A stretch of DNA of 64,000 bases from a virus (taxonomy: Duplodnaviria; Caudoviricetes), in IMG/VR virus record IMGVR_UViG_3300033074_001459, positions 207-64,206 of that record; one strand, 5' to 3'. Of this stretch, positions 35,373 through 44,281 are shown in pieces; positions within the stretch are counted from its first letter, which is position 1; each line of letters starts with the position of its first letter. The position numbers were made by a program, and so were the translations under genes. A model generated the notes under the pieces. That model was not told where the DNA came from, searched no databases, and was given only the letters and a program-made list of their open reading frames with translations.

Positions 35373-37043
35373 TCAGCTCCTTGTGATGATAGTAGATAGT
35401 CGCTTCTTCTCCTGTAGCCAGGATAGTATGCGAGTCTCAATGCTGTTGGGGTGATAGATTTTGTAGGCTGTTACCGGCTTGGTTTGCCCTAACCGGTGCA
35501 AGCGGTTGTTGCTTTGCTCCCACCTGACACTGCTGGGGTGATAATCCCAGTAAGCCATCACACTGGCAGCTTGCAGGTTGACGCCTTCCCCCCATACACA
35601 GGGGTTGGCTACGATGACATCCACCAGCCCGGCTTTGAGGCCCGACTTGGCGTCATTGCGGTCTGTCTTGCTGACGCCTCCGTGTGCTTTGGCTACGGTT
35701 AGCCAGGGGAACTCCTTCTGGATCTTGCTGTGTATGTAGTCGATGGTCTTAGGCCAGTTGCTCCAGACTATAGCCTTCTGACTGCCCATCCCCTCGATAA
35801 TGTCCAGCAAGGTTTCCAGCTTCGGGGTGTCCGCCACTCGGGTTTCATCCAGCAGCACAGGGTGGGAAGCCAGTTGCATCAGGCGAAGGTATACGGTTAG
35901 GAAGTTTGTCTCATTCAGTTCAGTCTCGCCGAACTGAGTGAGCACCTCGCACTCCTTCTCCTTCTCCATCTTCCGATAGAGGGCTTCCTGAATCGGGTGC
36001 ATAGGCACCGGCTTGTTGATCCAGGTGAGCGGTGGAAGCTCGCTGCATATCTGCTCCTTGGTGCGACCCAAGGCAAACCCCCTGCGAAGGAAATTCAACG
36101 TTTCCAGTCGCTTGGTGTCCCATCCTTGTCCACCTCTCTGCCCATAATAGCTTTGCCAGGCGTCAGAGCTGAGCTTAGACCCTGTGCCTACCGCAACCAT
36201 AGAGCTTCTGGCGTCGGGCTTCATCCTCCTGACAATCTTGTATAGCCCGTAATACTGAGATGGGTCCCTCACCTCGGTCCCTGTCAGCAGCCACACTCGA
36301 CCGGCCTTTAGGGCCAGGGCGTGCGCAGCCTGGTGTTGCTGGCTGTGGATTGAGGAGCACCGGTGCGCCTCGTCCAGAACCAGGACCGTTTCCTGTCCGC
36401 AGTTCTCATTCACGTAGCTATCGAAGTCCTGCCTCCAGAATCTGGAGTAAGGGACGAGCATCAGCTTTCCTCGTTTATCTAGTTGTCGTCTGTCCGTCAA
36501 CATCAGGATGTCCTTGTCGGCCATACCCAGGTGCTGGATGGCGGCTTCCCGCCATTCGTGGCTTACGTCGTCGTTAGGGGTGAGCACCAGCATTCTGGTG
36601 TAATACCAGCACAGGTGCTTAGCATACAGGGCCGATAGGGTCTTGCCTGCCCCCATAGTATCCCCCAGCAGTAGGTCCCCTGCCATCATCCTTCTTACGG
36701 CCTGTAGCTGGTATCCTCGGAGCTTCGTTCCTGTCTCGGTGACCTTGGGTAGGTCCCCTATAGCCAGGCTTTCCAGGCGCTTGGTATAGAGCTGAAACCC
36801 TTTGACCGCATTGGTTAGGCAAGGAGGGAATCCCCATTGCGCCGCCAGTTGCTCCACCGGCTTCCAGTATATCTCGCTGATCCACCAGCACTGCCTTTGC
36901 ATATACCTGCCGTATGTGGAGAGGAACTCGCCGAACAGCCCTTCGGGCGTGGTCAGGTGGAACCCCATAGTTTCAGCGTGATACACGAGCTGCACTGTCT
37001 CTGGTAAGGAGTTGCCGGGCTTGGGCTTGAGGATCCTAGGCAT
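35373..37043 (-). CDS. SNF2-family (SF2) helicase/ATPase
   Basis: GDTMGAGKT, VLDEAHR, LLTGT, GEGVNLQAAS, QSNNRLHRLGQ motifs. Confidence 0.85.
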   Translation of the reverse strand: MPRILKPKPGNSLPETVQLVYHAETMGFHLTTPEGLFGEFLSTYGRYMQRQCWWISEIYWKPVEQLAAQWGFPPCLTNAVKGFQLYTKRLESLAIGDLPKVTETGTKLRGYQLQAVRRMMAGDLLLGDTMGAGKTLSALYAKHLCWYYTRMLVLTPNDDVSHEWREAAIQHLGMADKDILMLTDRRQLDKRGKLMLVPYSRFWRQDFDSYVNENCGQETVLVLDEAHRCSSIHSQQHQAAHALALKAGRVWLLTGTEVRDPSQYYGLYKIVRRMKPDARSSMVAVGTGSKLSSDAWQSYYGQRGGQGWDTKRLETLNFLRRGFALGRTKEQICSELPPLTWINKPVPMHPIQEALYRKMEKEKECEVLTQFGETELNETNFLTVYLRLMQLASHPVLLDETRVADTPKLETLLDIIEGMGSQKAIVWSNWPKTIDYIHSKIQKEFPWLTVAKAHGGVSKTDRNDAKSGLKAGLVDVIVANPCVWGEGVNLQAASVMAYWDYHPSSVRWEQSNNRLHRLGQTKPVTAYKIYHPNSIETRILSWLQEKKRLSTIITRS

Positions 37044-37368
37044 TCTTCACCAGCTTCTCGACGACAGCTTCCCCGGCTTTGGCCTGCAGGAACTCCAGTG
37101 CCTTGACTCCAGCCCGGAGAATCTCGTAACCAGTGGCACCGTATCTCTCCATCAGTGCGGTAATCTCAGGCGACTGCCGGACGTTGATTTGTCGGTTCTT
37201 TCGCTGCTCTCTGGCTTTGGCTACGCAGGTCTGACAGTATTCCGACCTGCGGCTATGCAGCACCTGACACTTGGCGCAGGGCTTGAGCTGCCCCAGGTCC
37301 GTTGGGACCGACCGAGGGACAACCGCAGGGGACAGGGGTTTTTTAATCAGCTTCTTGACGACAGACAT
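37036..37368 (-). CDS. Hypothetical Zn-finger/RHH-like protein
   Basis: CAKC...CQTC; GAGGAG RBS before ATG 37368. Confidence 0.55.
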   Translation of the reverse strand: MSVVKKLIKKPLSPAVVPRSVPTDLGQLKPCAKCQVLHSRRSEYCQTCVAKAREQRKNRQINVRQSPEITALMERYGATGYEILRAGVKALEFLQAKAGEAVVEKLVKNA

Positions 37369-37771
37369 TCTTTCTTCTCCTCTTCGATTCACGGTTGCAG
37401 GTGCGGCATTGCCGCTCCCCCCGTGCAAGCAGTACGGTATTAGCTGCAGAGTATTCGTGACCATTTCTGCAATGTGTTTTTTCTCGGTTGTGGTTGCGGC
37501 CCCGTTGGGTATTGACCTTCGGGGTTACCGCCTCCAGGTGGTCAGGGTTACAGCATTTAGGGTTTCGGCATAGGTGATCTATATGGTAGCCCGGTGGTAT
37601 CCTACCCTTCCGCAGCGTATATCCCAGTCGATGTGTTGCGTATCTTGCACCCAGCAGGTAGCAGTATCCGTAACCCTTGACCAGGGGGCCCTGCCATTCC
37701 CAGCAGGGGGTCCCCTGGAACAGGTTACCTTCCTTGCACCTGCTATGTAGTAAAGATTCCAGGTCTATCAC
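37343..37771 (-). CDS. HNH endonuclease
   Basis: CWEWQG, GYG, THR, IDHLCRNPKCCNPDHL, N..R; C-terminal THCRNGH...CRTC. Confidence 0.9.
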   Translation of the reverse strand: MIDLESLLHSRCKEGNLFQGTPCWEWQGPLVKGYGYCYLLGARYATHRLGYTLRKGRIPPGYHIDHLCRNPKCCNPDHLEAVTPKVNTQRGRNHNREKTHCRNGHEYSAANTVLLARGERQCRTCNRESKRRRKNVCRQEAD

Positions 37772-37947
37772 TTGAGCCAGGCTCTCATTCCGATCCCGAT
37801 CTCGGACCGCAGGAACAGAGCTGGCCGCAGGTATCCCGGGTTACCACACAGATACTTGCCGCTGGCTGAGTCGTAACCCAGCACTGTCCAGTAGTGGGAT
37901 ACTCCTGGTATCCCGTTGGGATTGATGAAGAACTTGCGTCCAATCAT
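37768..37947 (-). CDS. Hypothetical protein, 59 aa (MIGRKFFINPNG…)
   Basis: Overlapping stop/start junctions on both sides; not in the ORF track. Confidence 0.5.
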   Translation of the reverse strand: MIGRKFFINPNGIPGVSHYWTVLGYDSASGKYLCGNPGYLRPALFLRSEIGIGMRAWLK

Positions 37948-38222
37948 TTGAGGAACTTCCTGCAGTAGTGGCAGGGCTGAACTTTGTATCCCAGTCTGTC
38001 CTGGACGTGGTAAACCAGCCCCGTTAATGTTTGGAAGGTAGGGGAATCCTCGTCAGGGTTGGAAGGGTCTTCCCCCCTCCCGAACCGCAGCTCCTGGCGC
38101 TTCTTGTCCTTGTTGATGAACACAGCGCCCCAGGCGTCAATGAGTGATCCGTTGGGTGATTCCTCGTAGAGGGTTCCAAAATGTTGCCACCCCCCTTTGC
38201 GTTCCCACCAAGGCTTAGTCAT
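37944..38222 (-). CDS. Hypothetical protein (MTKPWWERKG…)
   Basis: Start ATG 38222 just after the upstream stop. Confidence 0.55.
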   Translation of the reverse strand: MTKPWWERKGGWQHFGTLYEESPNGSLIDAWGAVFINKDKKRQELRFGRGEDPSNPDEDSPTFQTLTGLVYHVQDRLGYKVQPCHYCRKFLK

Positions 38223-38227
38223 TGCGA

Positions 38228-38524
38228 TCACCCACAGTTCGGGTGGCAGTAGCCAGAACGCTTCTGGGCTGCTGTGTAAAGGCGTTCCCCGCACTCTATG
38301 CACTCATCTGTATACTCGTATCGCGCAATGGTGGCGAACGCGTAGGGTATTCCTTCGTCGTTTCGGAACCGCCCCACAATCTGGCCGACCGTTTCCTCAG
38401 AGGTTTCCCCTGATGCTTTGGTCACCGTAACCGCCTGCCCCTCCTTCATCAGTTCGGCCGGGCCGACTAGGCCCCAGTCCCCTGAGTTGAGCTTTTTCCA
38501 TCGGACGTTAGCTTGCTTGGTCAT
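38228..38524 (-). CDS. Hypothetical phage protein with C-terminal Zn motif
   Basis: AAGGAAGG RBS; CIECG...CHPNC. Confidence 0.6.
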   Translation of the reverse strand: MTKQANVRWKKLNSGDWGLVGPAELMKEGQAVTVTKASGETSEETVGQIVGRFRNDEGIPYAFATIARYEYTDECIECGERLYTAAQKRSGYCHPNCG

Positions 38525-38668
38525 AACACGCCTTCCTTACTTTTGCTTGCACTGTGCAAGTCTATAGTAACAACATCAGTTGTGGCAGCACCAGGAACAA
38601 ACATCCTAGTGCAAACCCGATTGCAATCTGTCTCATTTCCATTCTCTTGTGTCCTAGGTATATCTGTT

Positions 38669-38959
38669 TCACGGCATCCATACCCCGCCATTCTCGGCAC
38701 CTTCCTCGGCAGCAGCTTGCCATTCCCTGGCTTCTCGCTTCAGCTTCTGGACCAGGGGACGGTGATTCCACAAGGTTAGTGCTTGCACTGGTCCTAGTGC
38801 CATCGGTCCCGCTGACTGGCAGGTTTGGCAGGTAGCCGCCCATAGTTTCTCCCCTGTGGCTTTGGTAAGGGTGAGCAGGGCCACCGAAGTCCCCTCGCAG
38901 TATAAGCAGGGTTCAGGCTTATCCAACCCAGCCGCCGTTTGTTGTTGCTCGTCGTTCAT
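38669..38959 (-). CDS. Lar-family restriction alleviation-like protein
   Basis: EPCLYCEG...ATCQTCQSAGP...ALTLWNHR matches the Lar pattern. Confidence 0.6.
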   Translation of the reverse strand: MNDEQQQTAAGLDKPEPCLYCEGTSVALLTLTKATGEKLWAATCQTCQSAGPMALGPVQALTLWNHRPLVQKLKREAREWQAAAEEGAENGGVWMP

Positions 38960-39156
38960 ACTTGTTCCCCTATTCTCAAAAACTCTTTGACGAACCTGAC
39001 GATAGGCAGGAACCGGCTGTCTTCCACTCCCCACACCTGGACGTGTTGCACGTCCTTGCTTACCACTACAGCAGGCTCCTCGAACCTGGATTCCAAAGCC
39101 TTTTCCAGGGCTTCGACCTCGTCTTCGAATGTCGCGTTTATCCATACTTCGATCAT
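38956..39156 (-). CDS. Hypothetical protein, 66 aa
   Basis: ATGA-coupled on both sides. Confidence 0.55.
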   Translation of the reverse strand: MIEVWINATFEDEVEALEKALESRFEEPAVVVSKDVQHVQVWGVEDSRFLPIVRFVKEFLRIGEQV

Positions 39157-39698
39157 TTGACCCTACTCATCCAGGCCACTGTGGACCTGTCGTAAATTTC
39201 CTCATATTCCAGCCGACCAGCCAGGATTCTCTCTACGAGTTCGAGCATATCCCGCCAGGAGTATTGTGGCATCTTCCGGGGGTTGGCGGGGTAGTTCCAC
39301 AGCAGTTCCCCTCCGACACATACCTGCATAGCTGCTGCCGTTACCGTATCCTCCAATTCCTTCAGGGTATGCTGGACGTTCACTACGTTGGACAGGGCTA
39401 CAATGTGGTATCTACCTTCGGCGGACCAGTCGGTAACCAGCTCCGGGTTCTGTCCGCCAAAGCGGTCAGGCCGCAGGTCGTAACCGGTTCAGGCAAAGCC
39501 TTCGGCTTCCAGGTATTCCTTGGCTTCTCCGAAGCCGCACCCGAAGTCCAGAACCCTGGTAGGTGCGTTCTCGTCTCCCCGCACCCATCGGGTAGTGGGG
39601 CAGAAGACGCTCTTGACCTTCTGGTATACCAGGCCAGGATGCCCCTGGCGGTGGGGTCCGAACCTGCGCCTGGCTGTAGCTGCTCTTAGGTCTGTCAT
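39153..39698 (-). pseudogene. Class I SAM-dependent methyltransferase interrupted by one in-frame TGA (39489-39491)
   Basis: VLDFGCGFG (motif I), then GFA*TGYD (motif II) and IVALSNVVNVQ continue in the same frame to TGA at 39153. Confidence 0.7.
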
Positions 39699-40097
39699 TT
39701 AAGCCTCCTCTGCTTCTTCGTATGACCTGTAAAGTCCACGCTCTACAAGGTCCAGGTCAGGCCCCTCTGAGGGGCCCCATTCCTCTTGAGGGACCGGCCC
39801 CCAACCCGGAATGTCGGGGGAAGGGGGTTGGTAGATAAGAGCCTGCCAGGAGGTTAGCTCCAGGGGGCAGGCTACCCGCTCGAAGACGGACAGCTTCCAG
39901 TCTTCCAGCAAGGTGCTCAGCAGTGCGTTATCCAGGACGCCTGCCAGACTTAGGGCGCTGGCCAGGAACTTCTCCCCCCTAACCTCCTGGCAAATAGCGT
40001 TCAGGTTGTCGTTGTGCAGAGCCCGCTTCCTGCTGTCACGCAGTGCAAGCACAGCCAAGGCCAGCTTCTCGTGAGCTTCACTTGGTGCTATCATCAC
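39699..40097 (-). CDS. Hypothetical protein
   Basis: Long ORF with genome-like codon usage in the early cluster. Confidence 0.55.
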   Translation of the reverse strand: MMIAPSEAHEKLALAVLALRDSRKRALHNDNLNAICQEVRGEKFLASALSLAGVLDNALLSTLLEDWKLSVFERVACPLELTSWQALIYQPPSPDIPGWGPVPQEEWGPSEGPDLDLVERGLYRSYEEAEEA

Positions 40098-40100
40098 GAT

Positions 40101-40322
40101 TTACTCCAGTTCCGCGCCTGGAAACCAGGCTTGAATCAGTTTTGCTGCGTGTTCCCCGGCGTTTCCGTCGTCGAGGATGGTCGCCAAAGGAGCTGGGCCA
40201 TACGGTTCCCAAATTTCGGCCTTCCCTGCCTCGTCCGCGAAGCGGACCTCAAAAATCATTGAATCATTTTGTGCGCTTTCGCGCACAATGATTTGTGTGA
40301 TGATTCCGCCAGCATTAAGCAT
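40101..40322 (-). CDS. Hypothetical protein
   Basis: Overlaps upstream stop; start uncertain. Confidence 0.5.
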   Translation of the reverse strand: MLNAGGIITQIIVRESAQNDSMIFEVRFADEAGKAEIWEPYGPAPLATILDDGNAGEHAAKLIQAWFPGAELE

Positions 40323-40596
40323 TGACCCATACCCCCTTCACTTGAATCGGTTGGGCGTTGGCGAACACGAAGACGCCTTCGCCTGCGGGGCTCGTCCCCT
40401 GGTGCATATCCCCTTCCCATCCGAGAATCTCGGCCAGGGCTTTGGCAGCTTTGGCGTGATTCTCGACCGGGTCGAGTTTACTGTCCCAATCGGTGAATTT
40501 GTGACCGGCGTCGCAAGACGCCTTGACCCTGGCAGAACGCCAGTCGGTAGGGGGGAAGTATTTGGTGGTGATGGCTTGGTGAACTACTCGGCGCAT
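40315..40596 (-). CDS. Conserved-type phage hypothetical protein
   Basis: AITTKYFPPT...RVKASC...WD...NHAKAAKAL...LGW pattern seen in many phages; GGAGG RBS. Confidence 0.6.
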   Translation of the reverse strand: MRRVVHQAITTKYFPPTDWRSARVKASCDAGHKFTDWDSKLDPVENHAKAAKALAEILGWEGDMHQGTSPAGEGVFVFANAQPIQVKGVWVNA

Positions 40597-40737
40597 AGTT
40601 TCCTCCGTTAGGTAATACTTACGTTTCTAAGGCACGCCCCAGGACCGTAAGGAGGTTGGCTTTCCTCTACACCGCCCCCCGAAGGGGGCAGGTGTTTCGA
40701 CCGGTAGCCAGCCGGTCTCATCAGGAGGATGAGAGAA

Positions 40738-40965
40738 TCATTCGTAGCGGGTAACGTAGGCGGTAACCCTGTTGTCACCGATGAGCGCATACTTTCTGGT
40801 TTCCGCTCCAGGGGATACGATCTCTATGAACTGGTGTCGGTTGTATTCGCTACGCACTTGCTGAAGGGCAAAGGCAAGGGCGCTCTCGCGGGTGGGACTG
40901 GTGGTTCTCACGGTTACCAGCTTACCGTCAGCCGGTCGGCCGGTAGGGACTTGAACTTCGAACAT
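40738..40965 (-). CDS. Hypothetical protein, 75 aa
   Basis: AGGGAGG RBS. Confidence 0.55.
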   Translation of the reverse strand: MFEVQVPTGRPADGKLVTVRTTSPTRESALAFALQQVRSEYNRHQFIEIVSPGAETRKYALIGDNRVTAYVTRYE

Positions 40966-41028
40966 CGGTGCCTCCCTAAAGTTGGTGTGCGTTGTTATGG
41001 CAGGCGCACCCCTGCCCGTCGGGGGTGG

Positions 41029-42195
41029 CTAGTTAGCGAAGGCCATCAGCTTACCGGCCTGCTGGCAGGTGCTGACCTGATCATCCTGGTTACCCAGGAT
41101 GCGGGCGTTCGCAGTGATTGCCGCAACCAGGTTCCACAGAACTGTTGGGTCCTGCGAGATAATGCCCGTGGACCGGTCGCCTCGTTCGATAGTAGCTACC
41201 GCCTCCTTGGCGATCTTCTGAGACAGGTCGGTCTTGCTGGTGACGAACTTAGCCGCGTCCTCTGCGGTCTTGCCTACCAGGAACTGAGTTGCCGCTTGGA
41301 TGACGGCTGCGTTCTTCTTGGTTTGCCCGTTGCAGAAGCGGGTCACAAACCGGTTGAACTCTAGCTGAATCTTGTTCCAAGGATTCCCTTTGTGGATAAT
41401 GCGCACCTCACGCACATCCTCACACCCCCACATATTGAGGTTAGCACAGACACTGTGAACCAGACCTGAGCAGAACCAGACAGATGCCTTGCCTACCTCA
41501 CTGTTGCTGAGCATCAGGAAGGGCGAGAACTCCCCTTCCACACCAGGGACTTCGAATTTCTCAGGCCCCGGCCCGTTATAGGTGGGCAGGTTGATCCGGT
41601 TCACGTTCTGCGGAACCATCAGGGAGAACATATCACTATCCCCCGCATACAACCCACCCGGCCCGTCATAAGCGGGTGGGTTGACGAACCCCTGTTCCAA
41701 CAGGGGCAGGAGCAGGCGGCGGGCAAGGTCCACATCCCAGATCCTGGAGTAAGCCTCGGTCATCAGCGCCCGGATGACAGGTTTCCCGTCCACCATACTG
41801 AGCAGGACGTTCGCGTCTTTGCTTTCGGACGGGGCGCGTCCTTCCAGCCCTAGGTTTAGGCCGTCGGCCACCCACTGGGCGGCCTGTTGCGTTGACTGGA
41901 ACTGCTCGAACGACTGCCTCAGCATTCGGGAAGAAAGTCCCGCAGCTTGGCACAGTTGCGTGAATGCCCAGTGAGTGAGCGCGGCTTCGCCTCGTTCAGT
42001 AGCCAGGCTGACCGCGCCGTCCTTGGCCACGGCCCGCAGCCCGCTGAAGGGGCGGCTCACTTCCTTGCTAGTAGCCTTTCGCTGTGCCAGGAACTGGCAC
42101 AAGTCGGGAACGCTAGCGAACCGTTCGTCCTTGGGGCGCTGCGCCCACTGGCGGTGGGCATCTTGCAACAGGGTTCCGTTGGTGGGGAAAGACAT
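41029..42195 (-). CDS. DUF932-family protein
   Basis: QWAQRPKDERFAS, LTHWAFTQLC, YSRIWD, LYAGDSDMF, NSEVG, VCAN motifs; AAGGAGG RBS before ATG 42195. Confidence 0.7.
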   Translation of the reverse strand: MSFPTNGTLLQDAHRQWAQRPKDERFASVPDLCQFLAQRKATSKEVSRPFSGLRAVAKDGAVSLATERGEAALTHWAFTQLCQAAGLSSRMLRQSFEQFQSTQQAAQWVADGLNLGLEGRAPSESKDANVLLSMVDGKPVIRALMTEAYSRIWDVDLARRLLLPLLEQGFVNPPAYDGPGGLYAGDSDMFSLMVPQNVNRINLPTYNGPGPEKFEVPGVEGEFSPFLMLSNSEVGKASVWFCSGLVHSVCANLNMWGCEDVREVRIIHKGNPWNKIQLEFNRFVTRFCNGQTKKNAAVIQAATQFLVGKTAEDAAKFVTSKTDLSQKIAKEAVATIERGDRSTGIISQDPTVLWNLVAAITANARILGNQDDQVSTCQQAGKLMAFAN

Positions 42196-42201
42196 ATCAT
42201 A

Positions 42202-42238
42202 CCTCCTTGTGCCCCGCCCCTTGTCGGGCTGACGGGCT
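42202..42238 (-). repeat. Conserved ~37-bp gene-leader element, copy 1
   Basis: AGCCCGTCAGCCCGACAAGGGGCGGGGCACAAGGAGG; near-identical to 43391-43426. Confidence 0.85.
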
Positions 42239-42283
42239 ATGGCTACCTGCCTAGTATGCACCCCTGGCAGGGAGGGGAGTGAG

Positions 42284-42329
42284 GGACGGATATACTAGCA
42301 CCGTGCTAGCAGCACTAGTATATCCGTCC
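42284..42329. repeat. Perfect 15-bp inverted repeat with 16-nt spacer
   Basis: GGACGGATATACTAG (42284-42298) and CTAGTATATCCGTCC (42315-42329). Confidence 0.9.
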
Positions 42330-42335
42330 TAGTTG

Positions 42336-43025
42336 CTAGTCGTGAAGGCGAACCGGCATCAGGATGACCCGCAGGTCATCATCAATGCCTTCCTCCCCTC
42401 GGATGAGGAGAGCCAGGCTTACGCCAGGAATTCCGTTCGAGGCTCGCTGCACCCCGACCCTGATGCAGGATCCCCTGAAGGCTTTAGCAGCCTTCAGAAG
42501 ATAGTTGGGGTCGATTCCGATGGGGGTTTCTGGGGGATACCCCTCGCGTCCATAGATTAGGACCCGCAGGTCCCGCAGGGTAACGTCCAGGTCTAAGCCT
42601 GCGTTCTCCCGCTTGAGGAGAATGTTTTTCCCTTTGGGAACAATTCTGTAGGCTGCAGGCTTGAAGGCTTTGCTGGCATCCTTCTTTACCATCCCCCGCT
42701 TGCAGGCCAAAGCGTGAGCCTTGGCCAGCATATCGCAGACCAGGACCAGGGCTTCTCTGTCAAGGTGGATTTCATATTCCACCGACTCGGGGTTTACGTC
42801 AACCCGCCGCCATTCGGGGAAGGTCACCGGCTCCTCGGTTTCGGCACACAAGGTGCCGGATTTGAATTCCAGGTGGTCTGGCCCTTTGGCGACGGCCATT
42901 ATACGGCCGTCGGTGGCCACTAAATGGCCCTGGTTCGCCACGACCCTGTTCAGGGCCGGGCTCACCCGTTCGCGCGAAGTGTGAGCGAAGGGTTTTAAGA
43001 CTTTGATGGCTTCAATGATATTCAT
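42336..43025 (-). CDS. DNA polymerase III beta-clamp-like protein (partial)
   Basis: LVATDGRIM, FPEWRRV, IGIDPNYL and ILMPVRL motifs; 229 aa, shorter than DnaN. Confidence 0.6.
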   Translation of the reverse strand: MNIIEAIKVLKPFAHTSRERVSPALNRVVANQGHLVATDGRIMAVAKGPDHLEFKSGTLCAETEEPVTFPEWRRVDVNPESVEYEIHLDREALVLVCDMLAKAHALACKRGMVKKDASKAFKPAAYRIVPKGKNILLKRENAGLDLDVTLRDLRVLIYGREGYPPETPIGIDPNYLLKAAKAFRGSCIRVGVQRASNGIPGVSLALLIRGEEGIDDDLRVILMPVRLHD

Positions 43026-43136
43026 AGTGTCTCCTTAAATTTTTTGAGGGGGTTCTCGTGCCGATTAGGTATTACTTGCAGGATACACGGCACGACCCAT
43101 ACCCTGCAGGGGCCGAAGCCCCTCGGTTGCCACTGG

Positions 43137-43385
43137 TCAGGGGAGGATTCTGTAATACCAGCCCCTTCTGAGTTCGAACTCCGCAGGGTTATCAGTAGAC
43201 TCCCAAGTATCTGGCAGGCCGTGCCTGAACCCTTCCGGGCCAGAAACCAGGGCTTTGTATCCCTGGCGTTCCACGATAGCAGCCTGCGACAGGGCTTCCT
43301 CCCTGGTGGGGTAGTTGACCAGGACCAACTGCCAGCGGAACCGGTCGGTCCCACCCATTCGGTAGGCCACCTGATAGGTGGTCAT
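43137..43385 (-). CDS. Hypothetical protein, first gene of the leftward early cluster
   Basis: AGGAGG RBS; YPTREEA SPOR-like pattern. Confidence 0.55.
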   Translation of the reverse strand: MTTYQVAYRMGGTDRFRWQLVLVNYPTREEALSQAAIVERQGYKALVSGPEGFRHGLPDTWESTDNPAEFELRRGWYYRILP

Positions 43386-43390
43386 ACTAA

Positions 43391-43426
43391 CCTCCTAATG
43401 CCCCGCCCCTTATGGGCTGCCGGGCT
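43391..43426 (-). repeat. Conserved ~37-bp gene-leader element, copy 2
   Basis: AGCCCGGCAGCCCATAAGGGGCGGGGCATTAGGAGG. Confidence 0.85.
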
Positions 43427-44252
43427 GGGTTCCTGGCGAGGGAACTCCATTCAGTATTATCTAGGCCCTGCTTACACACCGCTGGCTATGTGCGCTGCGC
43501 TATCAAGCTAGCAGTGTGCAAGCACTTAACAAATACTGAATGCAACTCCCTCACCTGGGTCTAGTTGCACGGTTACACCCTGCTACCCGCTGTTCCAGGG
43601 GGAGGGATGAAACACACCTGCCCGCTACTCTTATATCAGAGGAGTAGCATTTTTAAGGACGTTCCTGCTCAAGACACCTGCTAGACACCTCGGGGGGTGC
43701 AAGCATATTAAGGTGCTCTAGTATGCATATGCATACAGGAACGGGTCGGGCTTTTTCCGACCCCCTTCCTCGGGGCCGGGTGTAACCTGGTTCGGATGAT
43801 ACATTTGGCTGAAGGGGGCATTAATTACTCAACCCTCAACCCAGTGGCAGGATTTTTAAGCCAGCCCGCGTTCATTGCCGTTAACCCCTCCCCCTGGGGG
43901 AGGAGTGACCCCAGCAACAACACCCCCTTTACTAGGGGCTAATGCGGTTACCCTTACCTTCAGCCCCTCCCCTCACCAGGGGAGGACACCGAACACATAA
44001 AGCCTACTAGGTCAGACACACCCTTCTTCACTACGCAGAACCGGGTCTTGCTAATCCTTTGGCAACCTCGCACGTGAGGCACCTCATAGCACATCTAGGA
44101 CCCGCTGCCCGTTACTCCGGGAGTTATGACCGTTCGACCTATTATTCACTTGTCAAAGACGTGGGGGCTGCAAGCCCTGGTGCGCAAGGTTCAAAAATTA
44201 GGGGGGATAGCGCACCCGTATCGTGGGTTACCTTTATCGTTCCCACAACCAG

Positions 44253-44281
44253 ATACTACCACAGGGCAAGCACCCGTGCAA
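44253..44281 (-). promoter_or_regulatory. Sigma70-like leftward promoter candidate
   Basis: TTGCAC-N17-TAGTAT with TG extended -10 on the minus strand. Confidence 0.4.

Noticed and set aside
37343-37771. Group I intron carrying the HNH gene
   Set aside because: Flanking ORFs are separate, coupled genes rather than halves of one gene; no P7-like intron core noticed.
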